Made by a program: the position numbers and the translations under genes | NCBI GenBank assembly: GCA_964464175.1 | Contig: CAYXFD010000015.1 | Location: 1,498-65,497, forward strand | Source: an uncultured Candidatus Cloacimonadota bacterium | GTDB lineage: Bacteria > Cloacimonadota > Cloacimonadia > Cloacimonadales > JAJBBL01 | DNA length: 64,000 nt | Direction: 5' to 3' | Notes under the pieces: model-generated | What the model saw: only the letters and a program-made list of their open reading frames with translations | What the model was told of the DNA's origin: nothing | Database searches by the model: none | In this document: positions 39,806-50,100 of the stretch, piece after piece | Position numbering within the stretch: position 1 is the stretch's first letter | Layout of the letters: each line of letters opens with the position of its first letter

Positions 39806-39908
39806 AGCACTCCCGGCTTTTAGTCTTGCTAATCTCGCTTAACTCTGCTCTTGTGTATTAAAGATGTTACATCTTTCTGCTTAATGATAGAGTAAATCGT
39901 CTAAGCGT

Positions 39909-40379
39909 TTAATACTCCATCAAACCTGTCAATTCCGAAGGATCAAACCAAATTGCCGTCCCCTGAATTCTATCAAGTTCATTCTCCAGCAGCTCTTTGT
40001 GATTGTTCTCCTCCTCCACGAGTTTCAGGAAAAACTCTTTTAAATCTCCGTCAACACTCTCTTCTGCCATATACTCATATTGATCTGCCATGGCAAGTTC
40101 CCTGTCCATTGCATATTCAAGAATTGTTTTGGGATCGGAAAGATCTCTCCTGATATCTATTTTTGGCAGAAGCTCCGTATCAAATGTTGTTTTTGAAGTA
40201 TTAAATTCCTTTTTAAAAGCTGCAATGAGTTTCTCCTCATGGATCTTTTCCAAGGATTGCAGAAGATGAAAAGTCTCGATCGATTCCTCATTTTTAAAGC
40301 TTTTGGCGAGCATCATATAGAGATTTTTCGATTTAATCTCGTTTTCTATTGCTAAAACATACGCCTCTTTTCGGTTCAT
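39909..40379 (-). CDS. Ferritin-like/rubrerythrin family protein
   Basis: Two 'AIENE...Y...EKIHE' / 'AMDRE...Y...EENNHK' diiron halves. ATG at 40379 follows GGAG (ORF track starts at 40418). Confidence 0.88.
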   Translation of the reverse strand: MNRKEAYVLAIENEIKSKNLYMMLAKSFKNEESIETFHLLQSLEKIHEEKLIAAFKKEFNTSKTTFDTELLPKIDIRRDLSDPKTILEYAMDRELAMADQYEYMAEESVDGDLKEFFLKLVEEENNHKELLENELDRIQGTAIWFDPSELTGLMEY

Positions 40380-40395
40380 TGTAACTACTCCTTCT

Positions 40396-41307
40396 TTAAT
40401 CTTGCTCTTGATTATCATATAGAACGATTACATAATCAGCTATATTACTAAATTCCTTACTATATTCATATTTCTCTCCTACCGGGACAAGATAGGGACT
40501 GATCGAACTGATCTTCAAATCCTCATCAAGTAGCTTCAATTTAGTATAGATCCCTAAGCGATTCCTGATATGAAAATCTCCGGTTAGATGGACTACAATA
40601 CCTTCCTCCGTCTTCTCCCGAAAAAGAACAATACTTTCTGCCATCGTATCGTCTTTCAGGGACTGAGCAGCATAGATATTGAAAAGCCTTTGATTTGACT
40701 CCTCATCATCCCCGTTCATATGGTGAGCCATAAACTGCATTGTCTCAAAGAATCTCTCCTGATACTCATCTTCTGTAATGATGACCTCCCCGGCAAGATA
40801 GTCTCTCTCCTCTTCCGGGATGTTTTCCATAAAGGAGAGACCTACTCTGCTCAAATCAGCAGCATATCTGCGGGGTACATTAGCAGCAATGACCGATAAA
40901 TCATTCTCACGGGCATATTCGATTATTGGTCTGTAGTCAGTTCTGTAATTGTTCCATGCTCTTGCTTCAGCTATGAACTCCTCTTCCTCAATATAACCTT
41001 CCAAATACTTATCCAGAACTTCCTGCGTATCTCTTTCGAACATCTCCATAGAGATCACCAGCTCAGGTTTTAGCTCGTGCAAACGGGCAATCAACTCAGC
41101 CTGAAACCGGTGAATTTTCTCATTTCCGTGATATTCTCCCAGAAGAACTATTTCGGAATCTGATAGCTTAGCTGCCAGTTCCTCAAGAGATACCTGACCA
41201 CCTGTTTCCGTATCAAAAATCTGATACTCCTCTGCCCGGAAAGAACAGGAGCATAGAACAAGGCACAGCAACAAAATGCCAGCCATTAAGATTTCTCTTC
41301 TCTTCAT
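40396..41307 (-). CDS. ChaN family lipoprotein (haem-binding uptake, Tiki superfamily)
   Basis: Lipobox 'LCSC'; 'LLGEYH', 'SMEMFERD', 'AANVPR', 'KDDTMAESI', 'GDFH'. Confidence 0.9.
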   Translation of the reverse strand: MKRREILMAGILLLCLVLCSCSFRAEEYQIFDTETGGQVSLEELAAKLSDSEIVLLGEYHGNEKIHRFQAELIARLHELKPELVISMEMFERDTQEVLDKYLEGYIEEEEFIAEARAWNNYRTDYRPIIEYARENDLSVIAANVPRRYAADLSRVGLSFMENIPEEERDYLAGEVIITEDEYQERFFETMQFMAHHMNGDDEESNQRLFNIYAAQSLKDDTMAESIVLFREKTEEGIVVHLTGDFHIRNRLGIYTKLKLLDEDLKISSISPYLVPVGEKYEYSKEFSNIADYVIVLYDNQEQD

Positions 41308-41429
41308 CTAACCCTTCTCTTAAACTTTGATCAGTACTTAATAATTCTCGAGAAACAAATAAGTCAATAAAAACCTTGCTCTCTAAACGGAGTTATAAAA
41401 AATGTCATAAAAAAATTAAGGAGTTTAAT

Positions 41430-42428
41430 ATGGCTTTTAACCTGAGAAATCGTCATCTATTGACACTCTTGGATTTTACCCCTAAGGAAATCCTGTTTCT
41501 TCTGGAGCTTGCTGAAGATTTGAAAAAGGCTAAATATGCCGGTACGGAACAACCCCGTCTTAAAGGCAAAAATATTGCCCTCATCTTCGAAAAAGCTTCG
41601 ACAAGAACAAGATGTGCTTTTGAAGTAGCTGCCTTTGATCAAGGAGCTCATGTAACCTACCTTGGTCCGAGCGGAAGTCAGATTGGAAATAAGGAAACAA
41701 TGAAAGATACCGCCCGGGTTCTGGGAAGATATTATGACGCCATCGAGTACCGTGGTTTCGGACAGACAATAGTACAGGAATTAGCCGATAATTCAGGTGT
41801 TCCTGTCTGGAACGGTCTAACCGATGAATACCACCCAACCCAGGTATTGGCTGATTTGCTGACCATCAAAGAACACATCAAAAAACCTTTTGCTGACGTA
41901 GTATTAGCTTATGCCGGTGATGGCAGAAACAATATGGCTAATTCCCTGATGATCGGTTCGGCAAAGCTCGGTATCGATTTCCGCCTCATTGCTCCTGCCT
42001 CTGTTCAACCGGAAAAAGAACTCGTTCAGAGATGTCTTGCTATTGCTGAAGAGACTGGAGCAAAAATTACTCTTACCGAAAAAGTCGAAGAGGGAGTGAA
42101 GAATGCTGATGCCATCTATACCGACGTCTGGGTTTCGATGGGTGAACCGGACGAAGTCTGGGAAAAGCGGATTGCTCTCTTAAAACCTTACCAGGTCAAT
42201 AAAGAAATGATGAAAATGACAGGGAAGAAGGACACAATTTTCCTTCACTGTCTTCCCTCATTTCACAATAGAGATACGAAAGTAGGGGAAGAGATATTCA
42301 AAAAATTCGGTCTTCCCGAAATGGAAGTAACCGACGAGGTTTTTGAAAGCTCTCAATCTGCCGTTTTCGATCAGGCAGAGAATCGAATGCACACCATCAA
42401 AGCGGTTATGGTCGCTACTTTAGGATAA
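41430..42428 (+). CDS. argF: Ornithine carbamoyltransferase
   Basis: '[13 protein letters not shown]', '[11 protein letters not shown]', 'TDVWVSMG', 'HCLPS', '[10 protein letters not shown]'. ATG at 41430 follows AAGGAG. May be the catabolic ArcB type. Confidence 0.96.
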   Translation: MAFNLRNRHLLTLLDFTPKEILFLLELAEDLKKAKYAGTEQPRLKGKNIALIFEKASTRTRCAFEVAAFDQGAHVTYLGPSGSQIGNKETMKDTARVLGRYYDAIEYRGFGQTIVQELADNSGVPVWNGLTDEYHPTQVLADLLTIKEHIKKPFADVVLAYAGDGRNNMANSLMIGSAKLGIDFRLIAPASVQPEKELVQRCLAIAEETGAKITLTEKVEEGVKNADAIYTDVWVSMGEPDEVWEKRIALLKPYQVNKEMMKMTGKKDTIFLHCLPSFHNRDTKVGEEIFKKFGLPEMEVTDEVFESSQSAVFDQAENRMHTIKAVMVATLG

Positions 42429-42546
42429 TACGATCTTGAGGAGCAACTCCCTATCACTGCAATGATTGGATCATTAATCTCCCAGTTAATTGATTAGATT
42501 TTTTGAGCAGTGAACACCGGGTTGCTCCCTTTATTGTCTCTGTAAG

Positions 42547-43308
42547 ATGCCCTTCAAAAGCTTGTCTGTCTTCTTATTCCTCATCCTGTGTACCCCTATG
42601 ACTGCAAGAGTATTTCAGGTTAATCAGGAACAAGCGTACCTTAACATTATCATCGGCTCTTCTTTAGAATGGACAAACAATCTCTATAATGAGAAAAATA
42701 TCAAAAACCTTTCTGATGATGAACTAAATCAAGCAACGAAATCCGATGTTCCCTTCTTCGACAGATGGTCAATGAGAAAGTATGATCAGAGTCTTTCCGA
42801 TACAGGCACCTATCTTACCCTCCTCTCACTCGGCAGTACAGTTCTCCTGAACAGCTGGGATGAACCATATACATGGGATAATCTGCTTGTCCTTAGTGAG
42901 ATACTCGTTGTGCAATCTACCCTTAACGGTTGGTCAAAAAGCCTGACTCAGCGGAAAAGACCTTATGTTTATGATGATAATGCCGACCAGGAGTTCCGTA
43001 CCGATAATAATGCCCGGTTATCTTTCTACTCAAGACATACTTCAACAGCTTTTGCTGTCGCTGTGTACGGTCACTACTACCAGTACCATACTGCCGGGAA
43101 TATCTACCTGATCACTTCTTCTTATGGTCTCGCTGCTTTTATCGGGATGAGCAGAATATTTGCCGGTGAACACTTTTTCTCAGATGTCGTGACCGGTGCT
43201 GTTATTGGAAGCCTGACCAGTTACCTTCTCTGCCGCTCTCACCGCTCAGCCTTAATCAGAACGCTCCATATCGGGCATAACTCCCTGAGTCTGCAATTTA
43301 AGTTTTAA
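42547..43308 (+). CDS. PAP2 family phosphatase
   Basis: 'K......RP' (KSLTQRKRP), 'SFYSRH', 'SRIFAGEHFFSDV'. Confidence 0.88.
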   Translation: MPFKSLSVFLFLILCTPMTARVFQVNQEQAYLNIIIGSSLEWTNNLYNEKNIKNLSDDELNQATKSDVPFFDRWSMRKYDQSLSDTGTYLTLLSLGSTVLLNSWDEPYTWDNLLVLSEILVVQSTLNGWSKSLTQRKRPYVYDDNADQEFRTDNNARLSFYSRHTSTAFAVAVYGHYYQYHTAGNIYLITSSYGLAAFIGMSRIFAGEHFFSDVVTGAVIGSLTSYLLCRSHRSALIRTLHIGHNSLSLQFKF

Positions 43309-43390
43309 GCAACAGTCACGCTGCGATCAATGATAGACAATATTCAGACGGTTTATTGACATCTATGATAAGCGGTTTGTATTCTCCCAG

Positions 43391-43435
43391 AAAATAAAAA
43401 AGGACAGAGAAGATCAGCTCCGATGATCTCTGTCC
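43391..43435 (-). terminator. Rho-independent terminator of the TPR-ExbBD-TonB-like operon
   Basis: Minus strand GGACAGAGATCA-loop-TGATCTTCTCTGTCC followed by TTTTTTATTTT, about 60 bp after the last stop. Confidence 0.8.
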
Positions 43436-43496
43436 GTTGTTTTGTATTACGTATCTCAAAATGAGTAAATTTTTTAGCTTCTGATCAGATATATCA

Positions 43497-44909
43497 CTAA
43501 TTCCTTTGAAATCTCTTTTGGAATGAGTAGGGAGGCAACTGCTTTGATGTCGGAACGCGCCATTGCATCATTATTTCATAAGCCTTTGCTTTGAAGCTAT
43601 CCGTAAAGAAGCTCCCCGGACGCTCTTCGATCTCTACAGCTTCTACCTGCCCATTGGGCTTGAAGAAGAGAGTAACCTGAACAGAACCGTAAATATTACG
43701 TACTTGCCTTTCCTGGATGAACAGTTCGTCCAATTGGCGCATGTTAGGATCAACATACTGCCTGATACTAATCACTGTTTCTCTTGCTTCCGGAGGCAAA
43801 GTCTCAATAGCAGCCTCATCAACAGTTTCCAAACCTGCCGATAAAGCTCTTTGTCTGGCTCTGCCAATCGCCTCCAATTGATCAGTCCTGGAAATCTGGG
43901 TGTAAGTAATTTCTCCCGTTTCTCCTCCAAGCACACTGGCATCAACGTCTCTCATACCAAGTCTTCTGGCTGTATCAATATCTCCCCGGAACAGCTCACC
44001 GGTCGGCGGGGCACTGGGTGATACAGCACCTACGTCAAAGCTGGAACGTGCTCTTCCCGGAGGTCCGGGTGCTGCAGTTCCCGGTCCGCTACCGCTTCTG
44101 CCTGCCCCTGCTCCTGAAGCTACAATTTGTTCACTGACAGTAGCTACTGCTGGTCCTGATGGTACTTCAACAGCAGGACCGGTAACCTCTCCCGCATCAA
44201 ATCCAAGAATACTCGCTGCTCCTCTTCTGGTAGCAACAGCATCGGTTGGTGCCTCTTCAGCAGGCGGACCTGTTTGCTCTTCAGCCGGTCCTGTTTCCTG
44301 TGTTGGCGGAGGTGGTGGCGGAGCAGGAGGAGCAACTTCCCGCGTAATTTGTACTCTCTGAGCAAGTGTTCTTTCGTAAACCGGTGGAGTATAAGTGTTT
44401 TCAAATACAACTGCTCCGATAATCGCAAGCAAGATGGCAATGATAAACACATTTCGAACTAATTTTGCCTGTGAGTCCAGTTCCGGGCGCCGGTGATATT
44501 CACGGATCATTCTTCTATCTTCATCAGTTACCACTCGGTGATAAGGTTTTACGAATTCATAGGCAATGCTCCAGTCTCCGGCATAAGATACATATCCGGT
44601 GGTATTCTTATCTAACAGCAGTTCATTGTTTTTTAGGAGTTTTTGAGAACGGAGACTATCTTCCGTTAGAATCTCATCTCCCTTCTTCACTGTCAGTTGC
44701 ATCCCTTTGTGAAGAATGAGTTTGAAACTGTCTGCTGCTTTCTTAATCAGTAAGTGCCGTTTGGGAAATGACTTATCCAGGATCTGCCAATGAATGTGCT
44801 TATCACTTCCTACTACAAATTTGTCTTTTATATCTCTGTTTTCTTTGGCGATATCGAGATTTTTACCTTTGTAGTAAAATCTCAAGCTGAGTATCTTATC
44901 TTCGGTCAT
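43497..44909 (-). CDS. GltG/AgmX-PglI-like TonB-type energy transducer (FHA-like N-terminus, TM, Pro/Gly linker, TonB_C-like domain)
   Basis: N-terminal beta domain ('FVVGSD'), one TM 'VFIIAILLAIIGAVVF', 'PPAPPPPPP' and Gly-rich linker, C-terminal 'GSVQVTLFFKPNGQVEAVEI...IMMQWRVP'. Confidence 0.7.
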   Translation of the reverse strand: MTEDKILSLRFYYKGKNLDIAKENRDIKDKFVVGSDKHIHWQILDKSFPKRHLLIKKAADSFKLILHKGMQLTVKKGDEILTEDSLRSQKLLKNNELLLDKNTTGYVSYAGDWSIAYEFVKPYHRVVTDEDRRMIREYHRRPELDSQAKLVRNVFIIAILLAIIGAVVFENTYTPPVYERTLAQRVQITREVAPPAPPPPPPTQETGPAEEQTGPPAEEAPTDAVATRRGAASILGFDAGEVTGPAVEVPSGPAVATVSEQIVASGAGAGRSGSGPGTAAPGPPGRARSSFDVGAVSPSAPPTGELFRGDIDTARRLGMRDVDASVLGGETGEITYTQISRTDQLEAIGRARQRALSAGLETVDEAAIETLPPEARETVISIRQYVDPNMRQLDELFIQERQVRNIYGSVQVTLFFKPNGQVEAVEIEERPGSFFTDSFKAKAYEIMMQWRVPTSKQLPPYSFQKRFQRN

Positions 44910-44921
44910 AAATCCCCCTTA

Positions 44922-45464
44922 TCATGATCCATAGAGTAACTGCGGATCATCCCCTCTTACCGTTGAAAAGTAAATATTGGCAAAGTCGGCATCAGCACCC
45001 AAGGCAACAATGTCTGTTATATAACGGCATTGAATCGTTTCATCTGCTTGTATCAACAACAATGGTAATGAATCAGGATTTTGAGCAACAATTTGAGCTG
45101 ACTGCTCACGCATAAACTGCAACAATTGATTTCTGACATCAGTATCGGTCATAAAATCATCCGGAGTACCAACATACATGTTCTCAGAACCTAACAGAAT
45201 CTGATCAGTGAATACCTTGAGAACAACACTTCGCCCGCTCTTTTCAAGCTCTTCTGCAACTATCGAAGAAGGTAAAGCCATTTGATCCGGAACTGTTAAT
45301 CTCTCAGCATCAAGAGATACATTCTTGATCAAGAAAACCAACAGAATGGTAAGAATGTCGATAAGGGAAGTGATGTTCAAGCTTCTGACTTTCTGGATCT
45401 TTCCTCTTGCTTTTCGCGGACCCCCGCTTGCTGCTCGATTTACTTTATAGGATATCTTTTTCAT
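44922..45464 (-). CDS. ExbD/TolR family protein (AglQ/AglS-like), channel Asp retained
   Basis: TM 'LNITSLIDILTILLVFLIKN' with D36; periplasmic 'LLIQADE'. Confidence 0.88.
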   Translation of the reverse strand: MKKISYKVNRAASGGPRKARGKIQKVRSLNITSLIDILTILLVFLIKNVSLDAERLTVPDQMALPSSIVAEELEKSGRSVVLKVFTDQILLGSENMYVGTPDDFMTDTDVRNQLLQFMREQSAQIVAQNPDSLPLLLIQADETIQCRYITDIVALGADADFANIYFSTVRGDDPQLLYGS

Positions 45465-45547
45465 TATTATCTCTCCAAATAACCTTTAAAATAACTCACC
45501 TTCGGCAATTCTCTAAACAAAGAAGCGAAGTTTTGAGCTATTAAGTG

Positions 45548-46057
45548 TTATAATACCATTACACGTGGTCGTTCATATTTAACTTCGGGGAAACCCCGCA
45601 GCTTTGAGATGTCAATAGCTCTGATCAAAGTTCCGTAATAGACATCCGGATAGGGAGTAATACCAATTTCAAAAACATCCTCATTCCGGCTTTTGATCTC
45701 TGTCAGATGATCATCAAGAGCCAGGTAATCATGTCTCGTTGACCCGTCTGGGGAGAAAATGGCCGGTATTAAAATGGGATCACTTACACCCTCTTCTCTA
45801 ATCTCAATCCTGTCTGTATAGAGAATGATCTTTATCTCTTTAACTTTTTCGACATCACTCGCTTCTCCCCCTTCTCCGCCGGCACCTTCTCCGCCGCTGG
45901 CAGCTAAGTTCAGGGATAACAGAGCCATATGAACTGTTACTGTGATCATAAGGAGCATTGGTATAATGGTAATGAAAAGGTTCATGATCGGCATGAGATT
46001 TAACTCTTGGACGTCTGAACCTTTTTGTGTCCTTCTTTTTGATACTCCTGAAGCCAT
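45548..46057 (-). CDS. ExbD/TolR family protein (AglQ/AglS-like), Asn at the channel Asp position
   Basis: TM 'ELNLMPIMNLFITIIPMLL' with N26; periplasmic 'V.YGTLIRAID...GFPEV'. Confidence 0.85.
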   Translation of the reverse strand: MASGVSKRRTQKGSDVQELNLMPIMNLFITIIPMLLMITVTVHMALLSLNLAASGGEGAGGEGGEASDVEKVKEIKIILYTDRIEIREEGVSDPILIPAIFSPDGSTRHDYLALDDHLTEIKSRNEDVFEIGITPYPDVYYGTLIRAIDISKLRGFPEVKYERPRVMVL

Positions 46058-46061
46058 AATG

Positions 46062-46793
46062 TTATTCCTTGATCGTGTTGTTGATTTGATTAATCATTTT
46101 CACACTGTATTCATCAATATCATTAATTACTTTTTCTGCCCTTGATGACAGAAATCCTTTGATAAACATTGTCGGAATAGCAACACTCAAACCCATTGCT
46201 GTTGTTCCCATAGCCTGCTGGATACCATCAGTAAGAACTCTTTGTTGATCAACCGGTAATGCTACCGCTAAGCCCTTGAAAGCTACCATAAGACCGTAAA
46301 TTGTACCCAGAAGTCCTAAGAGAGTAGCAACCTGAGCGATAATATCAAACCAGAAGAGACCACCGTCAATCTTATGGATTGTCTGTAAACCTGCTTCATC
46401 AAAAGCATTTTGCAGAGTGCTCTTCAAATCTCTACCTTTTACCCCGGCTTTACGAGACTCGTTAAAAACTCTCAATCCGCTCCAAAAAATGAACCCCAGG
46501 GTAGTGCCCTTAAAGTTCTCACTAACCTTTATTGCTTCATCAAAACTCTCGTTTTTGATATAGCCCTTCAATTTAATATAAAAACTCTTTGCATCCAATC
46601 TCTCTTTGACTGATAATTGTATAAACCTTACTATACCCATAATTATGGCACAGAGAAAAAGAAAAGCAATAATATGGGAAAACCAGCCACCACTATTATA
46701 GATCTCTGCTACCTGAGGCCTGGGAGATGATTCTTGTGCGAATAAAGATACATTCATCAGAATTGTTCCCAAAATAATAACCATTTTTTTCAT
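46062..46793 (-). CDS. MotA/TolQ/ExbB proton channel family protein (AglR-like)
   Basis: 'ATLLGLLGTIYGLMVAF', 'AMGTTAMGLSVAIP'. Confidence 0.93.
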   Translation of the reverse strand: MKKMVIILGTILMNVSLFAQESSPRPQVAEIYNSGGWFSHIIAFLFLCAIIMGIVRFIQLSVKERLDAKSFYIKLKGYIKNESFDEAIKVSENFKGTTLGFIFWSGLRVFNESRKAGVKGRDLKSTLQNAFDEAGLQTIHKIDGGLFWFDIIAQVATLLGLLGTIYGLMVAFKGLAVALPVDQQRVLTDGIQQAMGTTAMGLSVAIPTMFIKGFLSSRAEKVINDIDEYSVKMINQINNTIKE

Positions 46794-46818
46794 AAAGAAC
46801 TCCTTTCTCCTTAATTTG

Positions 46819-47088
46819 TCAGTATAACTCTTTATTTGATTCCAGTAAAATCTCTCTGAGATAATTCAAGGTAAAATTTATTTCATCCGTTCTGGTTCGA
46901 GGTTGAATAGAGGCTTCAGGAATTCTTTCCACAATCTCATCATCAAACACTTCTGTATCGACTAATACTCTTGTACCGCCTCTCCGCGTAGTTGTTTGCC
47001 CGGATTCCTGTGCTATCAGTGATACCGAAAGAACAAAGACAATCAAAATTGCTAACAGAACTATTATACCTGTCCGCTTGTTTCCCAT
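46819..47088 (-). CDS. Small exported protein, GltF/CglF-like
   Basis: 89 aa with signal peptide; 'FDDEIVERIPE...RTR...EILLESNKEL' echoes the recalled CglF pattern 'F-D-D-I-G-P...R...F...S..EL'; position between the TPR genes and exbB. Confidence 0.6.
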   Translation of the reverse strand: MGNKRTGIIVLLAILIVFVLSVSLIAQESGQTTTRRGGTRVLVDTEVFDDEIVERIPEASIQPRTRTDEINFTLNYLREILLESNKELY

Positions 47089-47102
47089 GGTCTATCCTCC
47101 GA

Positions 47103-50100
47103 TTATCGTTTACTAACCATTACTTCCATATTGAAAATGATAGCCTGATCATCAGCGCTGCCATCAGTTTCAATCAGGATGGTGTTTTGTCCCACAACAA
47201 AATTCTCTATCGGTATATTTATATTGTGGATATAATACGACTTTTCTAATTCTTCGTCATACACTATTTCAGGCTCAGATACTATTGAGTAGCCGTTGAG
47301 CATAATCATACTGGTATCGTAAGCCACAAAACTCAGAGAAGCTTCAACCACTTCCCCATCAACTTCGAAATTTCTCATGAAATATGCCTTCTCTTCTCTG
47401 GCTTCAACTTCGCTATCCAAATTGAGGGTATCCGGTTCTGCGATCTCTGTTTCTGCTGCAGACAACCATATCGGAACAGCTTCTGTCTCATCCATTCCGA
47501 TCATCTCTTTCAATCTGGAAACTTCAGAAACTATTGCTGCTGTATTCCAATCAGCCATATCCAGATTGTCAATCAGATCGGAACGGGCAGCTAACCAGTC
47601 ATTATTAGAATATAAATACATTCTTTCTGTTAACAATCCCCAGTCTCCAAGTCTCTCCATGGCTGCTTCGGTGAATTGGTCACTATATTCCAAATTGTAG
47701 ACAAAATTTGTGACAAGATTGTTGTACCAGCCGGCACTTTCATACCGGAGAAAGTTAACATACGGTTCCCGGTAATTCACGTTAAAAGAATCGATATAGA
47801 CGTTGTATTCATCTTCATCGTAATCACGCAGTTCTCTCATCTGATTTGATACATTATAGAATCGTTCCATCTGGATATCAACGACTTCGGCAGCATAATC
47901 ATATACTCTTCCGATAAGGTAGATAGCCCGGGTGTTAAGTTCAAGACTTACGCCTTCTTCATAATCTCGTGCCTGTACGAGCAGACCCATAATAGTATCA
48001 CGCTGTTTGTCAGCTTCTGTTATGATACCGTCTAATCTTTTTACACCTCCCGCCATGTGCTCCATCCAGGTTGTATGCTGATTGACCCTGATCAGATCAT
48101 TTGGTTCGGCATTGACAAAATTCTCTTCGATTTCATCCAATGTTCTTTCGAAAGCAACCAGAAATGCCCTGTATTCTCTGATCCGTTCAACTGTAAAACG
48201 GAAATCCTCAAAATCAAGATAAAAATCTTCCAGGTCCAGAACCAGATTCTCTTCTCTGAATTGACGGTCTAAGTCCCTGAATTCTTCGATTGCGGCAAAC
48301 ATTTCATCAAATTTTTCTTCGCTTAACAATTCTACAATATCATCATATTTCTCCAGAATTCTATTTCTGGCAATATTCTCATATAATTTGGAATCCGGAT
48401 TTCTCTGAAAGATATAACGGGCAAGTTCTTCGAATTCTTCCTGCATATCCATTTCCAGGTATTGCCCGGCAACATATTCCAATAGACCGTCAGTTCTGGG
48501 ATCTTCGGAATACCTCTCAGTAAAACCTAACATCAGGGATACTAAGAATTCTTTGTCTTCCGAATCGTGATATAGATTGATCGCATCATAATATATATCT
48601 TCTGTATTATCATCTCCGTGATCAATCCTGCCGGCAACTGCGTCTTCATGGAGTTCTAACAGCATATCTGCTGCCCGGTACTTAGTCTCCTCTTCCCGTG
48701 CCAGCTCTTCGATTATCTCATATCTTGTCCGGTAAGCTTGATTAGAAGCAGGATATTTCTCAACATATTCATGTCTTATCTCATCTCTTAGAATTTTATC
48801 ACTCATCAAAGTATCAGCAATATCCCAGGCAGACACATAAAGAAAATATGCCTCCTGCGGTTCACTTCTGTACTCTGACAATCCGATCAACAGATCAATG
48901 GCAGTTTCATATTCTTGAGCCTTAACATAGGAATTGATGGCTTCGTGAGTTAAGCCGACAAATCTGGAAACATCGGTAGTCCTGAATTCTTCAGCAAGCC
49001 TGAGATACTCCTGAGCAGCTTCCACATAGGAACTGTCGGCGGCGAGAGTATTTGCTTGTTCTTGCATCAGACGCCGGTAATTGTTTCCGATATTCTGTCT
49101 GTCATCTTCATCCAGAGCAAAGTCAGCAGCACTTCTGAAATAATTCTCTGCCTGCAGATAGTCTCCCCGAGTTCTGTTTATATCAGCTAAATTGACATAG
49201 ACCTCTCGTTTCAATTCACTGGAAATTTCCAGATCCAAGAGTGCTAACATATCGGCTTCAGCCTCAGAATACATCTCTTTGTCGAGATAGATCAGACTTC
49301 TCTTGTAATATGCTCCGATAATGTCTTCCAGATAGTCTTCAATAATCTCCGGATCAGAAAAGGTATCAATGAATCCCTGAGTACTGGTAATATATATATC
49401 TGAAAGGTCTTCTTTACTAATAGTCAGATCCTTTTCTTCATTGCTGTATGGTTCTTCCTCTAATTGATCATTAAGCTGGGTATAGAGATTTTCAATAACC
49501 AAAAACTTGCTGAACTCATATTCCAGATAATCATCATTATCCGGATACATCTCGTTGAAGTCAGTAATTATCTGATATGCCTGCAGATAATAAAAGGGTT
49601 CCTCTTTGGATTGAGCAAAATCGAGAGCACCGCTTACAATACTGTTCTGAGCCTGCTTTAACCATTTCTCCCCCCTCTCATCGCTAAATTCGGGAAACTC
49701 CTGATAGCGGGCAACAAACTCACGATACTCAGCAAAACTATCATCACTTCTATCTGTAACAAAACGGTTGAAATATCTCGGCTGCAAGAATTCATAGGCA
49801 GAACGGATCAATTCAATTTGTTCGCTGATATCATTTTGAGAGTTGTGTTGATACCACTCAGTATCTACGTGGAAAGCTGTTATCAGTTTCTCTTTCTGGG
49901 CATATACTCTGTTTCTGACTTCTTCTTCATCGGTGATCATATAGGAATATCGTTGATACATTGTTGCCATGGAATCAACTATCATCGGATTCTCTGGGGC
50001 GAGAGGAAACATCTCCAAAAAAGCTTCCATATAATTTACAGCGTGAAAAGGTGCATTCAAATCGAGCTTAAGCTCGATAACCCGGCGTATGATGCTGTCT

